A stretch of DNA of 64,000 bases from the human T2T-CHM13v2.0 reference genome, Homo sapiens. The notes beneath the pieces were generated by a model. That model was given only the letters and a program-made list of their open reading frames with translations, was not told the DNA's origin and searched no databases. Position 1 is the stretch's first letter; each line of letters opens with the position of its first letter. Positions 40,989 to 55,505 of the stretch are shown in pieces. The position numbers and the translations under genes are program-made. The stretch lies in assembly GCF_009914755.1 (NCBI RefSeq), contig NC_060947.1, one strand, 5' to 3'.

Positions 40989-43900
40989 GGGTAGAGAGAA
41001 GGGCTGAGCTTGAATGTGTGCCTAACAACTGTGGTAAACCCCAGGGGATTTAGGGAGCCAGAATGGCCCTTCTGAGTTGTAGAAAGTTGGGCTGATATGG
41101 TGGGCACTTTTTTCTCCAGCATGGATCAGTCATTGGATGTGGGCTCCTGAAAAGGGGTGTGACATTGCGTAAGGAGGCTCTCTGTGACTGGAGCCGCAAG
41201 TTCCTCATTGAAGGGGAATCTGGAACATCCCAGTGTTCATGGCATGTGCTACTCTGCAGTTGTTCATTTACTTCTCACCATTTTCCATTTAATAATAAAA
41301 TTCTTGAGAATTGAGACCACATATTATTTTGTTGTGTATCATTGAAATCCAGTATGCTACATGGGAATAAATATTTTTAAATAATGAAACGAAATGAGAC
41401 AATAATTGGGTGGATATTTGTAAACTTAAATATGATAATAAATGGTTTCATTATGCATTTTATTGAGATATGAGAAACTTTCAAGAGATTTATCCATATT
41501 TATATTTAGTTATGAGTTCTTTTTTGAGAAGTAACAATTTACTCAGCTGACAGCACTAAACAGTACTGAGCTAATCTTTAACAATGTTTTGATTTCTGTA
41601 AATGAGATTATCAGTAATTTAAAAAGAGGATTAGGAAGTTTGTGTGGGATAGAACCAACTAATTGCTGAAATATACACAGAATTCAAGTATTGAAAAGTT
41701 TTACTTTAAAAAGATGTGATTATAAAGCATTGTTTCCTATGTATAGCCCTGTAAAATAATACCCATGTGCATCCGGCAGAGGGCACAATTGTACAAAGTA
41801 TTGGAGAAATGCTTTTAAAAGGAAGTGCATTAATCTCTCAGTCATAGGCTGTAGTGACACATGTCAGTCACATGTAAATGACTCTATACATCTAAAATTC
41901 AATAGTGTATTGTTTTTAGATGATATTTCACTACTGCGTTTCCAGCTCTATTCTTTCACATTGTTTTTAAAGTTACTACATCTTCAACAAAATCCGAATT
42001 AGGTTAAAATTAATCTCTAAATAATTTTCATTTCAACTGGCTAAAATAATTTGAGGCCAACAATGTGTAAGGCTTTTTTAGAGCATAATTTTACGTATGT
42101 TATGTTTTCTGTCCTCACAAGATATTTTATGGGTCATTGACATAGAAGCACAACTACATATACTGTGCAGAATCACCCTTCTACATTAAGAAAAAAAATC
42201 AGGTCCTGTCCCTGTATACTGTCAGATTTTTCTTGGCATGGATCTTGTACATGATGAGCTTGCACGGTGAAATGGATGAATCCCTGTCCGAGGGATGGAA
42301 GGTCTGTCTTTGTCCCTTCCTGGTTGTGTCACTACTTCTCAGAGCCTGCCTATCTTCATCTGTTAGTAGAGGAACAATGATGCCCACGGGGCCCTCTTCA
42401 CACATGGGTGTTGTGAGTTCATGGTTTAAGAGCCATGATATCCACTCATTAGATGCATGTGCCATAGGACAGGAGTAACTGAGTAACTGAAGCAACAGCA
42501 GGCGTCAAGAAGTGTCCACTGGACGGTGGTCAGATTCTCTAGTTTTCCCTCTGCTAAGAGTTTGACTGAATGAATCTCTGGGTTCTTGGGCAATTCAGGG
42601 AAGTGGGGGAGAGTCAAGTGAGGAGTTAAATTTCTGCTAATCTGGGGAGGAGGGCTTTGACTGGTATTACAACCTCATTTTCACCACAACCTCGTAAAGC
42701 AAGTCACTGTTCAAATACATTTCTTAATTTAGATATATTTCTAATTTCACTTTGGTGAATTTATTGTTTGATAGTAATCCAAAACTACACAAGGACAGAA
42801 TAGCTGTATATGTGAAGGTGTTTATTGCAGTATTGTTTATTGATAATTGGTAAAATTGAAAGCAATTTAGGAACATGGACTATTAGGCAGCCATCAAAAT
42901 GAAAATTATGAATATTATATAGGCACATGGAAAGTATGTGATGAATGATAAGTCAAGTCAAAGCAAAATAAATCATATATTATGCTAATAGCTATGTAAA
43001 AGTTGAGAATATATGTGGTTGGGGAACAATGGCAAGAAAGATGGAATGGTAATAACTTCTAACCTGTCCAGGAGTTAGTAGCAGTCTTTGTGTGTGTGTC
43101 TCTCTCTTTCCCTCCTAAATCACATTATTGCGGTTATAGTATATTTGTAGAATGAGACACTTCTAAAGAGATTTTTCGTGCTTTGTTTGAAATACAGTAA
43201 TGCCCAATTTGTCCAGTCTGTTAGGAAAGAAGTGGCCTATTTAAATGACTTATGAATCTTCTTTTCCCCATTAACTGATGTTTACTCCTCTAAACACAAA
43301 AACAACAACAACAAAACCATTTTGACTAGAAATCTTTCTAAAATCTATTGTGTACTTTCCTGTCTTCTCCAACAGTTTCCTGAGCACATTTTATTCTTGT
43401 CTTTATATCTCAGGCTTACCATGATGAATGTCAATTTCTCTCCCACACTAGAATGCAATGAGCAATACAAATATAGGGTTATTTGCCTCTACATGGCATG
43501 ATCAAATCTCTTTTGAGTTTTGATTCCTTGGTTCTTATTTTTACATGTTTTCTTTTTTTGTTGTTTGTTCTTTTTCTCACTTTTAGTCTATCAGGTGTCA
43601 TTTTAATGATTGTCAGTGTTCCAGCCTTTGGCAACCTATCCTTCCTAACCTGCCAACAAATTTGCTGCTTCTAACATGCCTTGTTAGGAAAATCACACAA
43701 ACGAATTGACTAGAATTATGTGCAGAGAGCTCCAAAAGGTGTTCCATCTTATGTAAGTGTTTGGACAGTGGAGACATGGTGATACCTGTTTTGGTTGTTC
43801 AGAGATATTTTGCTTACTTCTCAGCTCTTGGCTGTTTTCTGGATGCGTTGAGGTCTCAGGGAGATGGCCTGTGTACAACAGACATGTTGCTTCAGGGAAA

Positions 43901-44314
43901 ATAGAATACTGACTCACAGAAACAAAGCATAGTAGTCATAAATCCAGTTAACACCAACAAATCAATGGAAACTGAAAGCAGAGTCAAGAAATCAATAGTT
44001 ATAAAAAAAAAACCCACACTTGGATTTGCTCCATTCTGTTTCCATGACACTTCATCCATTCCATTCATAGACTTCATCCTGGGACAAATTTACCTCCAGT
44101 TGAGAAAGAAGCAATGGAATGAGGAAAAGAAGAAATGATAAAAGATAAATTAGAGAATCATAATTTATGGAATTCAAGGATCTTTTCCTTCAGCCAATCA
44201 ATAAATAGCCCATATTTCAAATATATAAGACATATTTTGAATGTGTAAAGCAGGTTGCTAGGTGCTGTGGAGACTCAAAAGAAGGATGTATTTATGCTCC
44301 CTACCCTCACTCAT

Positions 44315-44705
<391 letters not shown>

Positions 44706-45233
44706 TTTTTCCTTCCTACAAAAGAATTAAAAATAGGAGTAGAGTGGACCCTCTGTGCAATTAAAAATTAATTAATTTAATTTCACTAAATTGTACATTA
44801 ACTCTGTGAATATAGGTGTTATATAAATTCAGGCATTTCTGCTACCCAGGGTGAGTGCTATTTTCTTTTAGTTCTGCTGTCTAAAATAAGACTCCAGTTC
44901 AACCTTAGCCACAGTGGATGTGTGGGTATTTTATTGAAGAGAGTTTATACTATAATTTGTTGAGCTTCACCCTGCTCTTGAAAGTATTTATGCACTTCCA
45001 GGGCTTGGGAAAATTTATTACACTTCCAAGCCTTCTCTTTCTTCCAAAAAACAAAAAAAATACCCAACAAAATTTGCAGTAACCACAAAACGAATAAGCA
45101 AACCCACCTCCTAATCTTCAGAATGGTGGTTGGAAGATAACTTGTAATGGGACATAATTTTTGGTTTCTATTGCTTAATTCTCAAGAACCTTACAGATTC
45201 CAAGGATCAATGTATAAAAAGTCATCTACACTT

Positions 45234-46260
45234 TGTAGGGGAGAAGGAGTGTCTTTCCTCACTCATTATAAGGTTCATGACTATAGGGGAGAAAATATAA
45301 TTTCTTATTTTTACCCCTCTCTTAGTTGAGACACTCCTGAAAACGAAAGTCACGTTAACAAGAGAAAAACCAGCAGAAGTTTATTGACACGTGCTGTACC
45401 CATCACTTGGGAGAGGCCTCTGTTCAAAAGTATTTCTCTCTTAAGGCAGTGGCTTAGGGGACTTGCTTAAATAGTATTTCAACAAACAGCCTTAAATCCT
45501 ATAGTGACAAGACAAAGAAGAGAGCATTTTCAGGCTTCCAAAAGGTGGGCAAATGTGGGAAGGTAAACTTATGGGAAGAGTCAAGTTTGTTCCTAGGTCC
45601 TCTGGCACTGTTATCTCTCAGCTGATGAGCAAGTGTAGGCAGGAAAAGTCAGGGAGGAGGACAGGAAGACCTTTGTCTTTGTAAATTGCTCTCCTGTCAT
45701 CAGGCAGGCAGAGGGAGGGGCAGAGTGTCCTCTGGTGTTTTAACCTTCTTCAGGTCAATAGTCCTCAGTGTTTTAGACAGAAATATTTTGGGTTCCTTCA
45801 TGGCTGAAACCCCAATAACAAATGACAGATTAAAAAGAGAAAAGCATAGCAAGTTTACTCAATATAAATTTTACATAACACAGGAAGCTTCAGAAATGAA
45901 AACCCAGAGACTAAGGGAAAACCATATTTTTGTGGACAGTCATGCAGAAGTGTGATTGGAGGACAAAATAATATGACATAGTGGTAGTAAATTTGGGGGA
46001 ACTTAGCAAGGCCTGTTTGTTCAGATTCTTTTTGGCCTCTCTGTGTAACATTTCTTTCCTCTAGGTATAGGGCAGGACACCTGTCATATGAGGGTCTTCA
46101 GGGGAGAAAGGAAGGAGAGGGTCAGAGACTGACCTTCCTAGATTCTATGGCCTGTTTCAGGGGAGAATGGTGGGAGAAGATGAGAGAGACCTTCCTGCTT
46201 CTGCCATTTTCTCAATTGCCAAGCTACTGTATTTTGGGGTATTGTGTTCTGAGCCTGTCA
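45234..46260 (-). mobile_element. ERV1 solo LTR (MER34/MER39 group) with a related LTR nested at 45282-45800
   Basis: TG...CA termini with imperfect 4-bp TSDs (ACTT/GCTT outer, TGAC/TGGC inner). The reverse strand starts TGACAGGCTCAGAACACAATACCCCAAAATA. Confidence 0.7.
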
Positions 46261-47082
46261 GCTTAGATTAATGTTTGAGAAGTGACCATTTTGTAATAAT
46301 CAATGCTAATCACTGGACAAATTATTGTACAGTGTAATTAGAAATGATCATCAACACTGGATAAATTATCTGAATGTTCATACTGTTTTATTGCTTGCCA
46401 TGTGCAGGCATAGACTGTCTATGGAAGGAAAGGGAGTATATTTGGAGTGAATAACAGTGTTGTCTACATTAGGCTAGATTTGCTGGTCATTGTTATAGAA
46501 AGCCATTTAAGCAAATGTTATCACTTCCGTAGTTTGACGGCTACAGTAATGAAAACCTAAGGTGTCTTATTGTTATCTGAACATATTACATATTAGAAAT
46601 GAATGTATCTATTGAATTCTGAATTATTCATGGTAGTAGTGACAAGGTTAATGTTTAGAAAAATTACTTAATCACACATATTGGAATAAGCCAAAATAAA
46701 GTGTTTAGAGTCTTGAAACCATTCCAAAATCACATTTTACCCAATAACTGAAAAAATATTCTTCCATCACACTTTGAAAGCACTGTGAATAATCATGAAA
46801 TAACAGTACCCTTTCAAATTTTGGCTAATTTTTTGTTGGAAATGATGATGGGGGACAAGATGGTCCAAAGGTTAGGAACTAGAGAATACTTTCTCTTCTG
46901 GCTATATGATCCTATAAACATCTACAAATTTGGTGATCAGTAGCTCAGTGAATGTTAAGGGTAATGTACGCTCTCAATTTATTAGGTATCCATTGGTTTT
47001 CTATTAAACTAAATGTATGTAATCAATTTAATATGCATGATTGATAAGACCCATAGAAATAAAATACTAGTTGAATCCTTTA

Positions 47083-47263
47083 CAGCAGTGGTTCTTAGCT
47101 TTGAATTCATATTGGAAACACTTGAACAGCTTTTAAAAATCCCAAACCCAGGTCACATTCCAGACCAATTAAACTAGAATCTCTTGGGGATGAGGCCCAG
47201 ATATCCGTACTTTTAAAGCTCACTAGATAGTTCTAATATGTAGCCAACTTTGAGAAATACTAC
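47083..47263. mobile_element. MER5A-like
   Basis: CAGTGGTTCTT...AGACCAATTAAACTAGAATCTCT...TTTGAGAAATACT. Confidence 0.75.
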
Positions 47264-47618
47264 TTTATAGAACATCTCTGCTTACTCTTAGTTAAGTTTA
47301 AGTATTTCAGGGACTCTTTCTTTAACAATCATTAACAGTCTTTTTCTTAAACAGTCTTTAGGGACTGTTTCTGTTTCTTTTTCTTTAAATGGAAGCAAAT
47401 CATTCCAAAATAATAGTTTATTTGTTTTATTTTATTCCTATCTGTTTTTTTTTGCTCTTGTTTCATTTTGTTTTATTTTTGCCAAGTTGATCAATATAGC
47501 ATAATGGCATATGGAGTCAGGTCATTCTCAGTTTGAATGCAGATTGGGCTATTTACCAGTTGTCATAGATTGGCAATGTATTTAATCTCTAAGCAAGTTT
47601 CCCCCTGCCCCATCTATA

Positions 47619-47832
47619 GCAGTATTTCTCAACTGGAGGCAATTTTTTCCCACCAGGAGACATTTGTCAATGTTGGAGATGTTTTTGATTGTTACTGCTG
47701 GGGAGTTGTTTTTGACATCTACTGGGTAGAGGCCAGGGATGCTGCTCAACATCCTACAATGCACAGGACAGAGCCATAGCAAAGAATTATCTGGCTCCAA
47801 AAGTCACTAGTGCTGAGGTAAAGGAACCCTGA
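47619..47832 (-). mobile_element. MER20, followed by a MIR (to ~48030)
   Basis: GGGTAGAGGCCAGGGATGCTGCTCAACATCCTACAATGCACAGGACA. Confidence 0.85.
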
Positions 47833-48419
47833 TCTACAGAGTGAGGCTCTAGAGTCTGACTGCATTCAAAGTCTTATTTCTCTACTTCCTAACTGTGTAA
47901 TCTTGAGCAATTTACTGAATGTATTCTTGCCTGAATCCCATGTGAAAATGCAGATATTATTAGCACCCACTTTGGAGTTGATGGGAGGTTTAAATGGGAT
48001 AATGCATTTGGAGCATTAATACAGTGCAAATTATTACCACAATATGTGTCTTTCTGTTCTGGGGCATTTATGGCCTTTTGTCAGTATCCCTGAGATAATT
48101 TGTTTGATATATCTCTTGATAATCTGAGTTCATATTCCGTGGTTCAGTGGGAGAAGAGAAAAAGGGGTTGGAGGCTGGAGTTGTCTTTGAACATGTACAT
48201 GCTTTCAATTTTAAGTGGGAATTCAGAGGAGATAGTTACACAGCACACTGTTAAATTCCTTCTCCCACTTTTCACTTTCCTCCCCCAGCTCACCACTAGC
48301 TTGACAATTGTATTGGGTTGGAGTATTCAAATAAAAAGCTTGTATTCAGCCAAATAAAAGTCAAAGAGATTCTTTTAAGTACAGGTTCTAAGGGAAAGTG
48401 CTTAACAGCAATGAGCACA

Positions 48420-48698
48420 GTTTATTTATTTATTATTTTATTATTATTTTTGAAAGCTCTAGGGTACACGTGCATGATGTGCAGATTTGTTACATAGGTA
48501 AACATGTGCCATGGTGGTTTGCTGTACCTATCAACCCATCACCTAGATATTAAGCCCAGCATGCATTAGCTCTTTTCCCTAATGCTCTCGGCCCCATGCC
48601 CCGACAGGCCCCAGTGTATTGTTCTCCTCCCTGTGTCCATGTGTCCTCATTGTTCAGCTCCCACTTATAAGTGAGAATATGTGGTGCTTGGTTTTCTG
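48420..48698 (-). mobile_element. L1PA 3' end fragment
   Basis: Reverse L1PA 3'UTR (GTTACATAGGTAAACATGTGCCATGGTGGTTTGCTG); TSD-like CAC(A/G)GTTTATTT. Confidence 0.88.
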
Positions 48699-49476
48699 AT
48701 TAACACGGTTTATTTGTAAACTTTATATTTATTATTAACAAGAAGCAGATAGCAACAGGAGTTTGAAATTCGGGGAAAAAAAAGCTCTGTGTTGGAAATA
48801 GAAATCTGGGACTTACTACTACAGAAGGAGTCAAAGTTATGGGAAAGAATGAGATTTCAAGGGAGACTGTAGGGAGAAGAGAGAAGAGGGCTCAGGATGT
48901 AATGTGAGAAATAAAGCTCAGCTAATAGTTAGTGCAAACCTACTGTGTGCTTGCCGGTCACCTTTCTAATCTATTATACTACATTTGGCTTTTAGGGAGA
49001 GTCACCTCCTATTCACAGTCCTCATCCCCAAGTGTTCTGAATCTGGCTTGAAACTAATAAATGAATCTTTACTGAAGACAATATGGAATGCTCACAAAAT
49101 TAGGTAGAAAATTCCTATGTCGATTGCTGTCCATGAATCAGATTCATTTTTAATTTTTGTCATTATAATTATATAATCATATCACACAATTTGAATTTTT
49201 CTCTATGCATATGCTTTCCTGTACTCATAGTGTGCACAAAACTATGCATGTTTTTATAACAACTTTATTGAGGTATAACTCACATACCATATAGTTCACC
49301 AATTTAAAATACACAATTCAATAGTTTTTAGTATGGCTTCAAAATGTCTCTTCAAATGGCTATATCATAATTTGCTAGGTCTTTCTTCTATGTGGGGATA
49401 TTTAAGTTGTTTCTAATTTTTTACCACTATAAGTAGATTTTTCTGCATGTAGATTTTAAAATATTTGGATTATTTT

Positions 49477-51460
49477 ATTTTTAAAACTTTTTATTCTTTA
49501 ATTGATACATTATAATTGTACATATTTGTGATGTACAATTTGATGCTTTGATATATGTACAGATTGTATAATGTTCAAAGCAGGGTAGCTAGCATATCTA
49601 TCACCCCATGCATATATCATTTCTTTGTGGTGAGAACATTAAAAAATCTCTCTTCTAATTTGTAATATACAATACTTTGCCATTGACCATAGTCACCCTA
49701 CTGTGTAATACAACACCAGAACTTATCCCTGTTGCCTAATTTTAACTTTGTACACACTGACCAACCTCTCCTCATCCTGCCCTTCCCCATTCCCTCCCCA
49801 GTTTCTGATATAAACACTGTTCTTCTCTCTACTTCTATGAGATCACTTTTTCTTAGATTCCACATAACAGTGAGATCATGTGGTATTTGTCATTCTGTGT
49901 CTGGCTCATTTCATGTATTAATATGATATCCTCCAGGTTTGTCCATTTTGTCTCAAATGACAGAATATCACTCTTTTTAATGGCTGAATACTATTCTATT
50001 GTGTAGATATATCACATTTTCCTTATCCATTCATCTGTTTTTGGACATTTAGGTTGATTCCAAGTCTTGGCTGTTATGGATAGTGCTGCAGTAAACATGG
50101 GAGTGCAGATATCTCTTTGATGTACTGATTTCATTTCCTTTGGATATATATCCAGTAGTGGGATTGCTGGATTATACAGTAGTTCTATTTCTAACTTTTT
50201 GAGGAGCCACCATACTGTTTTCCATAATGACTCTACTAATTTACATTCCCACCAGCACTGTGTAAGGGTTCCCTTTTCTCCATATCCTTGCCAAGAGTGG
50301 TTTTCTTTCATCTTTTTGAAAATAGCCATTCTAATTAGAGTGAGGTCACATTTCATTGTGGTTTTCATTTGCATTTCCCTGATGATTAGTGATGCTGAGC
50401 ATTTTTTCATATACCTGTTGGTCATTTGTATGTTTTCTTTTGAGAAATGTCTGTTAAGGTCTTTTGCCCATTTAAAAATCAGATTATGTTTTTGTTTGCT
50501 GTTGTTTAAGTTCCTTATATATTGTGGACATTAGCCCCTTGTGAGATGTATAGTTTGCAAATATTTTCTCCCATTCTATAGGTTGTCTCTTCACTCTGTT
50601 GTTTCTGTTGCTGTGGAAAAGCTTCTTAGTTTGACAAACATACAAAAATCAGTAGCATTTCTGTATGCTGATAGTAAATGATTTGAAAAAGAAATCAAGA
50701 AAACAATTATATTTAGCATAGTTATAAAATGTACATAGGAATAAACTTAACTGAAGAGGTGAAAGATTTCTACATCAAAAGTATAAAACACTGAAAGAAA
50801 TTGAAGATGACACAAATAAATGAAAAGATAGCTCATGTTTATGGATGGGAAAAATTGATATTGTTAAAATGGTCTTACCACCCAAAGCAATCTACAGATT
50901 TAATATAATCCCTATCAAAATACCAATGATCTTTTTCACAGAAATAGAACAAAATGATCCAAAAATTCATGGGAAACCACGAAAGACCCCCAAATAGCCA
51001 AAGCAATCTTAAGCAAAAAGAACAAAGCTGGAGGCATCACACTACCTGACTTCAAAATATACTACAAAGCTGTGGTAACCAAAACAGCATGGTACTGGCA
51101 TAAAAATAAACACATGGACAAATGAAACACAACAGAAAGTCCAGAAATAAATCCATGCACTTATGACCAAACTGATTTTTGATAATGGTGACAAGAACAC
51201 ACACTGGGGAAAGAATAGTCTCTTCAAAAGATGGTACTAGAAAAGCTGGATATCCACATGCAGAAGGATGAGACTAGATCCCTACCTCTTTTACCATACA
51301 CAAAAATTAACTCAAAATGGATTAAAGACTTACATGTAAAACCAGAAACTATGAAACGACTAGAAGAAAACGTTGGGAAACATTTGATGACAATGAGCTG
51401 GGCAAGGATTTTTAGTTAAGACCTCAAAAGCACAGGCAACAAAAGCAAAAATTAGATAAA
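49477..51460. mobile_element. L1MA with a twin-priming 5' inversion (minus 49477-50634; plus 50635-51460)
   Basis: ORF2 fragments on opposite strands; 11-bp TSD TGGATTATTTT at 49466-49476 and 51461-51471. Confidence 0.85.
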
Positions 51461-51964
51461 TGGATTATTTTTAAAGCCACATTCAAGATCTATTTTGAAG
51501 TCTTTCTTTGTCCATGAAGAATGCATAAAGGAATGTGCAACTGGAAAATTTTGTGTAATGGAGAAACTTGTAAAATGGATTAATAATTATCATTAAAGGA
51601 TTAAACTGGGAGAAAGCTCCCCAAAAGAGAATTTCAAACAGGCAGTGAACACTAGTTTGGCTACCTAACCCATCTTTGAGTGGAGATGAATAGCTTCTCC
51701 CTGCCTTCACTTGAATAAAACTAAACTTAGGTGTATGCCAATATTCACTATTAAGATGGTACACTTACATTTATTATTACCTAAACATGGATTTGTATTG
51801 TATGAAAGCCAGATAATATAAGCAAAAGGAAGGAAAGAAAAATCTCTTTCTGGGTTTGAGACCAGCCTGCTCAACAAAGGGAGCGAGACCCTGTTTCAAA
51901 AAATATGTATAAATAAAAATAAAAGAAAAATCCCCTCCTGGGAATGAGAAAATCATTGCCATTT

Positions 51965-52145
51965 TCTTATTTTTTTTGTTTTATTATTTATTTATTTTAA
52001 CTTTTATTTTAGGTTCAGGGAATATGTGCAGTTTGTTATGTAGGTAAGCTACGTGTCATGGGGGTTTGGTGTACAGATTATTTAGTCACCCAGGTAATCA
52101 GCATAGTAGTATTTTGATCCTCACCCTCCTCCCACCTTCCACCTA
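51965..52145 (-). mobile_element. L1P 3' end fragment, preceded by a short Alu fragment at 51855-51925
   Basis: GGGGTTTGGTGTACAGATTATTTAGTCACCCAGGTA. Confidence 0.75.
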
Positions 52146-52879
52146 TGGACAGTTTGAATAAATGCCACATGAGCTCTGAAACTGCTGGGGTTTCTCCAAG
52201 GAAATCCCCTTAGAGAAAAGTAACATCTTCTATTTCATTTGGTCTTCTAGTTAGTTTAGATGTATTTAAGAGCAAAATTCATACAAATACGTGGAAGAAA
52301 GTTTCAGTGGGCTCTTCCACTTACTTCAGAAAATTGATTTAAAATAGGATTGATGTTAATTCCCAAGGCATTAATTAGACAGCTTGTAGGGTCCATCTTC
52401 TGCTAATTTCAATAATTTCCCTAAATTTTGCTTTATCTCTTTCATATGCAGAGATGTTCTCCTAAACTAATTTGATCAACACAAAAGAGATTTTATTTTC
52501 CTGGAAAAAAATCCAGCCCTTTAAAAAAATCATTGAATGTCAAATTATGAATACAGGACTACTTCTACACATTTATAATTCACATTCAAACATTTATTGA
52601 GCACCTACTGCATATAAGGCAAGATTATGGCATGATGAACTCAATTACAAAATTGGCAGGGTGCTAGAGAGAAAGGCTGATCCTGAAGCAGGAAAGTTAT
52701 AAACAGAAAAGGATCCGTTGCTTAGGAACTTTCAAACTGAAGATTTTCTAGACTCTAGCTTTATTTTTGTTTCCCTTTTTAGAAAGCAGAGATGAAACCC
52801 AAACCTGGAGGTGGGAAAGGGCTCTGCGGGCTTTTGCACCGTGCTGGAGAGGAGGTGCAGGAGAGAGAGAGAGGCAGAA

Positions 52880-53306
52880 TTCTCTCGCCTTGCAGTTTTG
52901 CCCTGATATCTGCAGGGCTGCAACTGCACCTAGGCACGTATTTACAAATCTGTCTTCCCTTTAGAATCTCTTGTGGGTCTTTAGAAAAATGCAAATAGCT
53001 CGATCCCAAGTCCTAAGACTGTGACTCAGTTGGTGGGTGAGGAGCCTGGGAGTCTGTATTTTTGCAAAGCTTTCTTAGTCACTGCTTACAGAGGTTTGAG
53101 AATCTCTATAGTACAGTCATTCCACTTAAGTCAGTGGTGCCTGTCTTACTGCTGCACATCAGAATCATCTGGTGTGTGTTAAAAATGCTGTTGCCTGGAT
53201 CCCAACCCTATACATTCCCATGTCATTGGTTTTCAGTGTGCCTAAGCATCTGGATTTTTCCCACCTTCCCAGGGGACAGCAATGTACAGCCACACTGAGA
53301 CCATTG
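52880..53306. mobile_element. MER5B/MER5A-like remnants
   Basis: TTAGAATCTCTTGTGG, CTGCACATCAGAATCATCTGG, CTGAGACCATTGG. Confidence 0.55.
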
Positions 53307-53972
53307 GCTTAAAGGCATTCAATCCTGATGAATCATCTCTCTTGCTATCAAAGCTTAAAATGAAGAAATGGTGGCAGTTTGAATAACTGAATCAGAGAAT
53401 TCAGTACAATTCAAAGATCAGAAGAAAGGATTCAGTGAGAACTGTTACAGAGGGAGTGGACTGGGGCATCATCACCAAGGTAACACCATTAACAGCACTT
53501 TTTCTTTGAGACAGTCGGACTTTATCATTGAAAGGTTAGCCAGGATTGGGGAGTGTGGTGGGTGAATGGGAAACACCAACACTCTTTAAAAGACTTGCTG
53601 CTTCTTCAGGTTCATAAATTGGTCTGTGCCTTGATTATGAAATAAGGCCTTTGTTTCTGGAGGATAAGCAGTCTCAATGGGCCTCCAGGGCAGGTAGAAA
53701 CCTTGGCAGAGTATGGTCTGAGGACTTCTTCATCTGAAGGCAGGACACTGTGCAGCCTAAGAGGCGGCCTTCACACAGACAGCAGAGATTATCGGCTGAC
53801 TTGTTCATAGACTCCATACTTGTAATTGGACAGTGTATTTCTTTTCATTTAGAAATGGCACAGCAGATGGCAGTCCAACATAAAAAGAAGGAGAGGGATA
53901 TGTCACCATCTTCAGCAGTGGCACATGGACAAGAGATAGCAGCGTCTGGGAACCACACGGCTACTGTGGAAG

Positions 53973-54185
53973 TGTCACTGTCCAATAGAACTTTCCAGGT
54001 TGGTAGAACTGCTCTACATCTGCACTGTCCAGTACAATGGCCACTAGACACAAGAGCACTCGAGCACTTGAAATGAGGTAATGAGAATGAATAACTGAAA
54101 TTTTAATTTTATTCAATTTTAATTAAGTACAATTTAAATTTGAGTGGTCACATGAGGCTGGTGGCTTCTATATTGAACAAGCAGC
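53973..54185. mobile_element. MER3
   Basis: CTGTCCAATAGAACTTTC...GCACTTGAAATG...CTATATTGAACA. Confidence 0.75.
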
Positions 54186-54650
54186 TCTCAAGAACAAACC
54201 TTACAGGGTTAGTTTCTAGACACCTCCAAGCCTTGGTTCCCTCATCTGTATTTCTTGTGTGCTGGCACCAGAATTCCTGTTAGAGATGGAACTGTCCTTG
54301 TTTGAAAAAATATCTCAATAGGTAATTTGGCCATCAAAACCAAGCCTTCAGAGAAGGGTCTGGAGAAGAAATGCAGAACTCAAGAAGGACCAAGTCATTT
54401 TCTATAAGAAATTATATGGGAGAAATTATTCATTTGTTGTTGGCTCTGAGTGAGGAGGAGTAAGGGAATAAAGGGAAAGAAGAGCCAGTAAGAAAGTTTG
54501 GGGGCTACATGGAATGTTGGGGGTGGCAAAAGGACTCTTAGGAATAGGGAGAGCTAATATTAGTTTTCAGTTACTTGTATTACTGTTGTGAACCCATGCT
54601 GTTTTTCCAAACCTTGGGTCAAGTTTGCTGTAAACATAAATGTCTTGGTT

Positions 54651-54652
<2 letters not shown>

Positions 54653-54696
<44 letters not shown>
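54653..54696 (+). repeat. (GT)22 microsatellite
   Basis: Counted directly. Confidence 0.97.
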
Positions 54697-54698
<2 letters not shown>

Positions 54699-55068
54699 TA
54701 AGTAAAGGGAATAAGCCTAATGTTTAGACTACAATGGAATGGAAAAGGGAAAACATGGAGTGATTAGACAGTTAATAAGCTAAACAAATTCAGTAAAGCA
54801 GGAGCTAAGAGGCAGAGGAAACCATGATAAAGTAAGCCCTTAAGAAAGTTGTAGCTAACATTTGTTTTTCATAAAATGGGGGTTCACTTCAAACTCATAT
54901 AAATCTCAAAAGCAAGGGTCAGTACAGCTAATACTTGTATGTAAACTGGAGACAGTAATACCTACTTGAAGGATCGTTGTGAAGATAAAATGAGATAATG
55001 CTTGTGAAGGGCTTATACATAGTAAGAGCTTAATAAAGCTTTAGTTTTATGGTTTTAAAATGAATATA

Positions 55069-55505
55069 TGGCTGATCCTTGAACAACATGAGGGTTAGGG
55101 CACCAACCCCCACCTGCAGTCAAAATTTCATGTATAACTTTTGCCTCCCCCAAAACTTAACTACTAATAGCCTACTGTTGATTGGAAGCCTCACTGATAA
55201 CATGAACTGTTGATTAACATATATTTTGTATGTTATACATATTACATACTGTATTCTTACAATAAAGTAAACTAGAGAAAAGAAAACTGTTAAAAATCAT
55301 AAGGAAGAGAAAATATTTTTACTATTCATTAAGTGGAAGTGGATCATCACAAAGGTCTTCATCCTTGTCTTCACATTGAGTAAGCTGAGGAGGAAGAGGG
55401 AGAGGAGGGGTTGGTCTTGCTGTCTCAGGGGTGGCAGAGACAGAAGAAGATCCACAAATAAGTGGACCCTTGCAGTTCAAATCCATGTTGTTCAAGGGTC
55501 TATTG
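55069..55505 (+). mobile_element. Tigger2a/MER28 non-autonomous TcMar-Tigger element
   Basis: Terminal inverted repeats TGATCCTTGAACAACATG and CATGTTGTTCAAGGGTC, flanked by TA TSDs. Confidence 0.85.
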
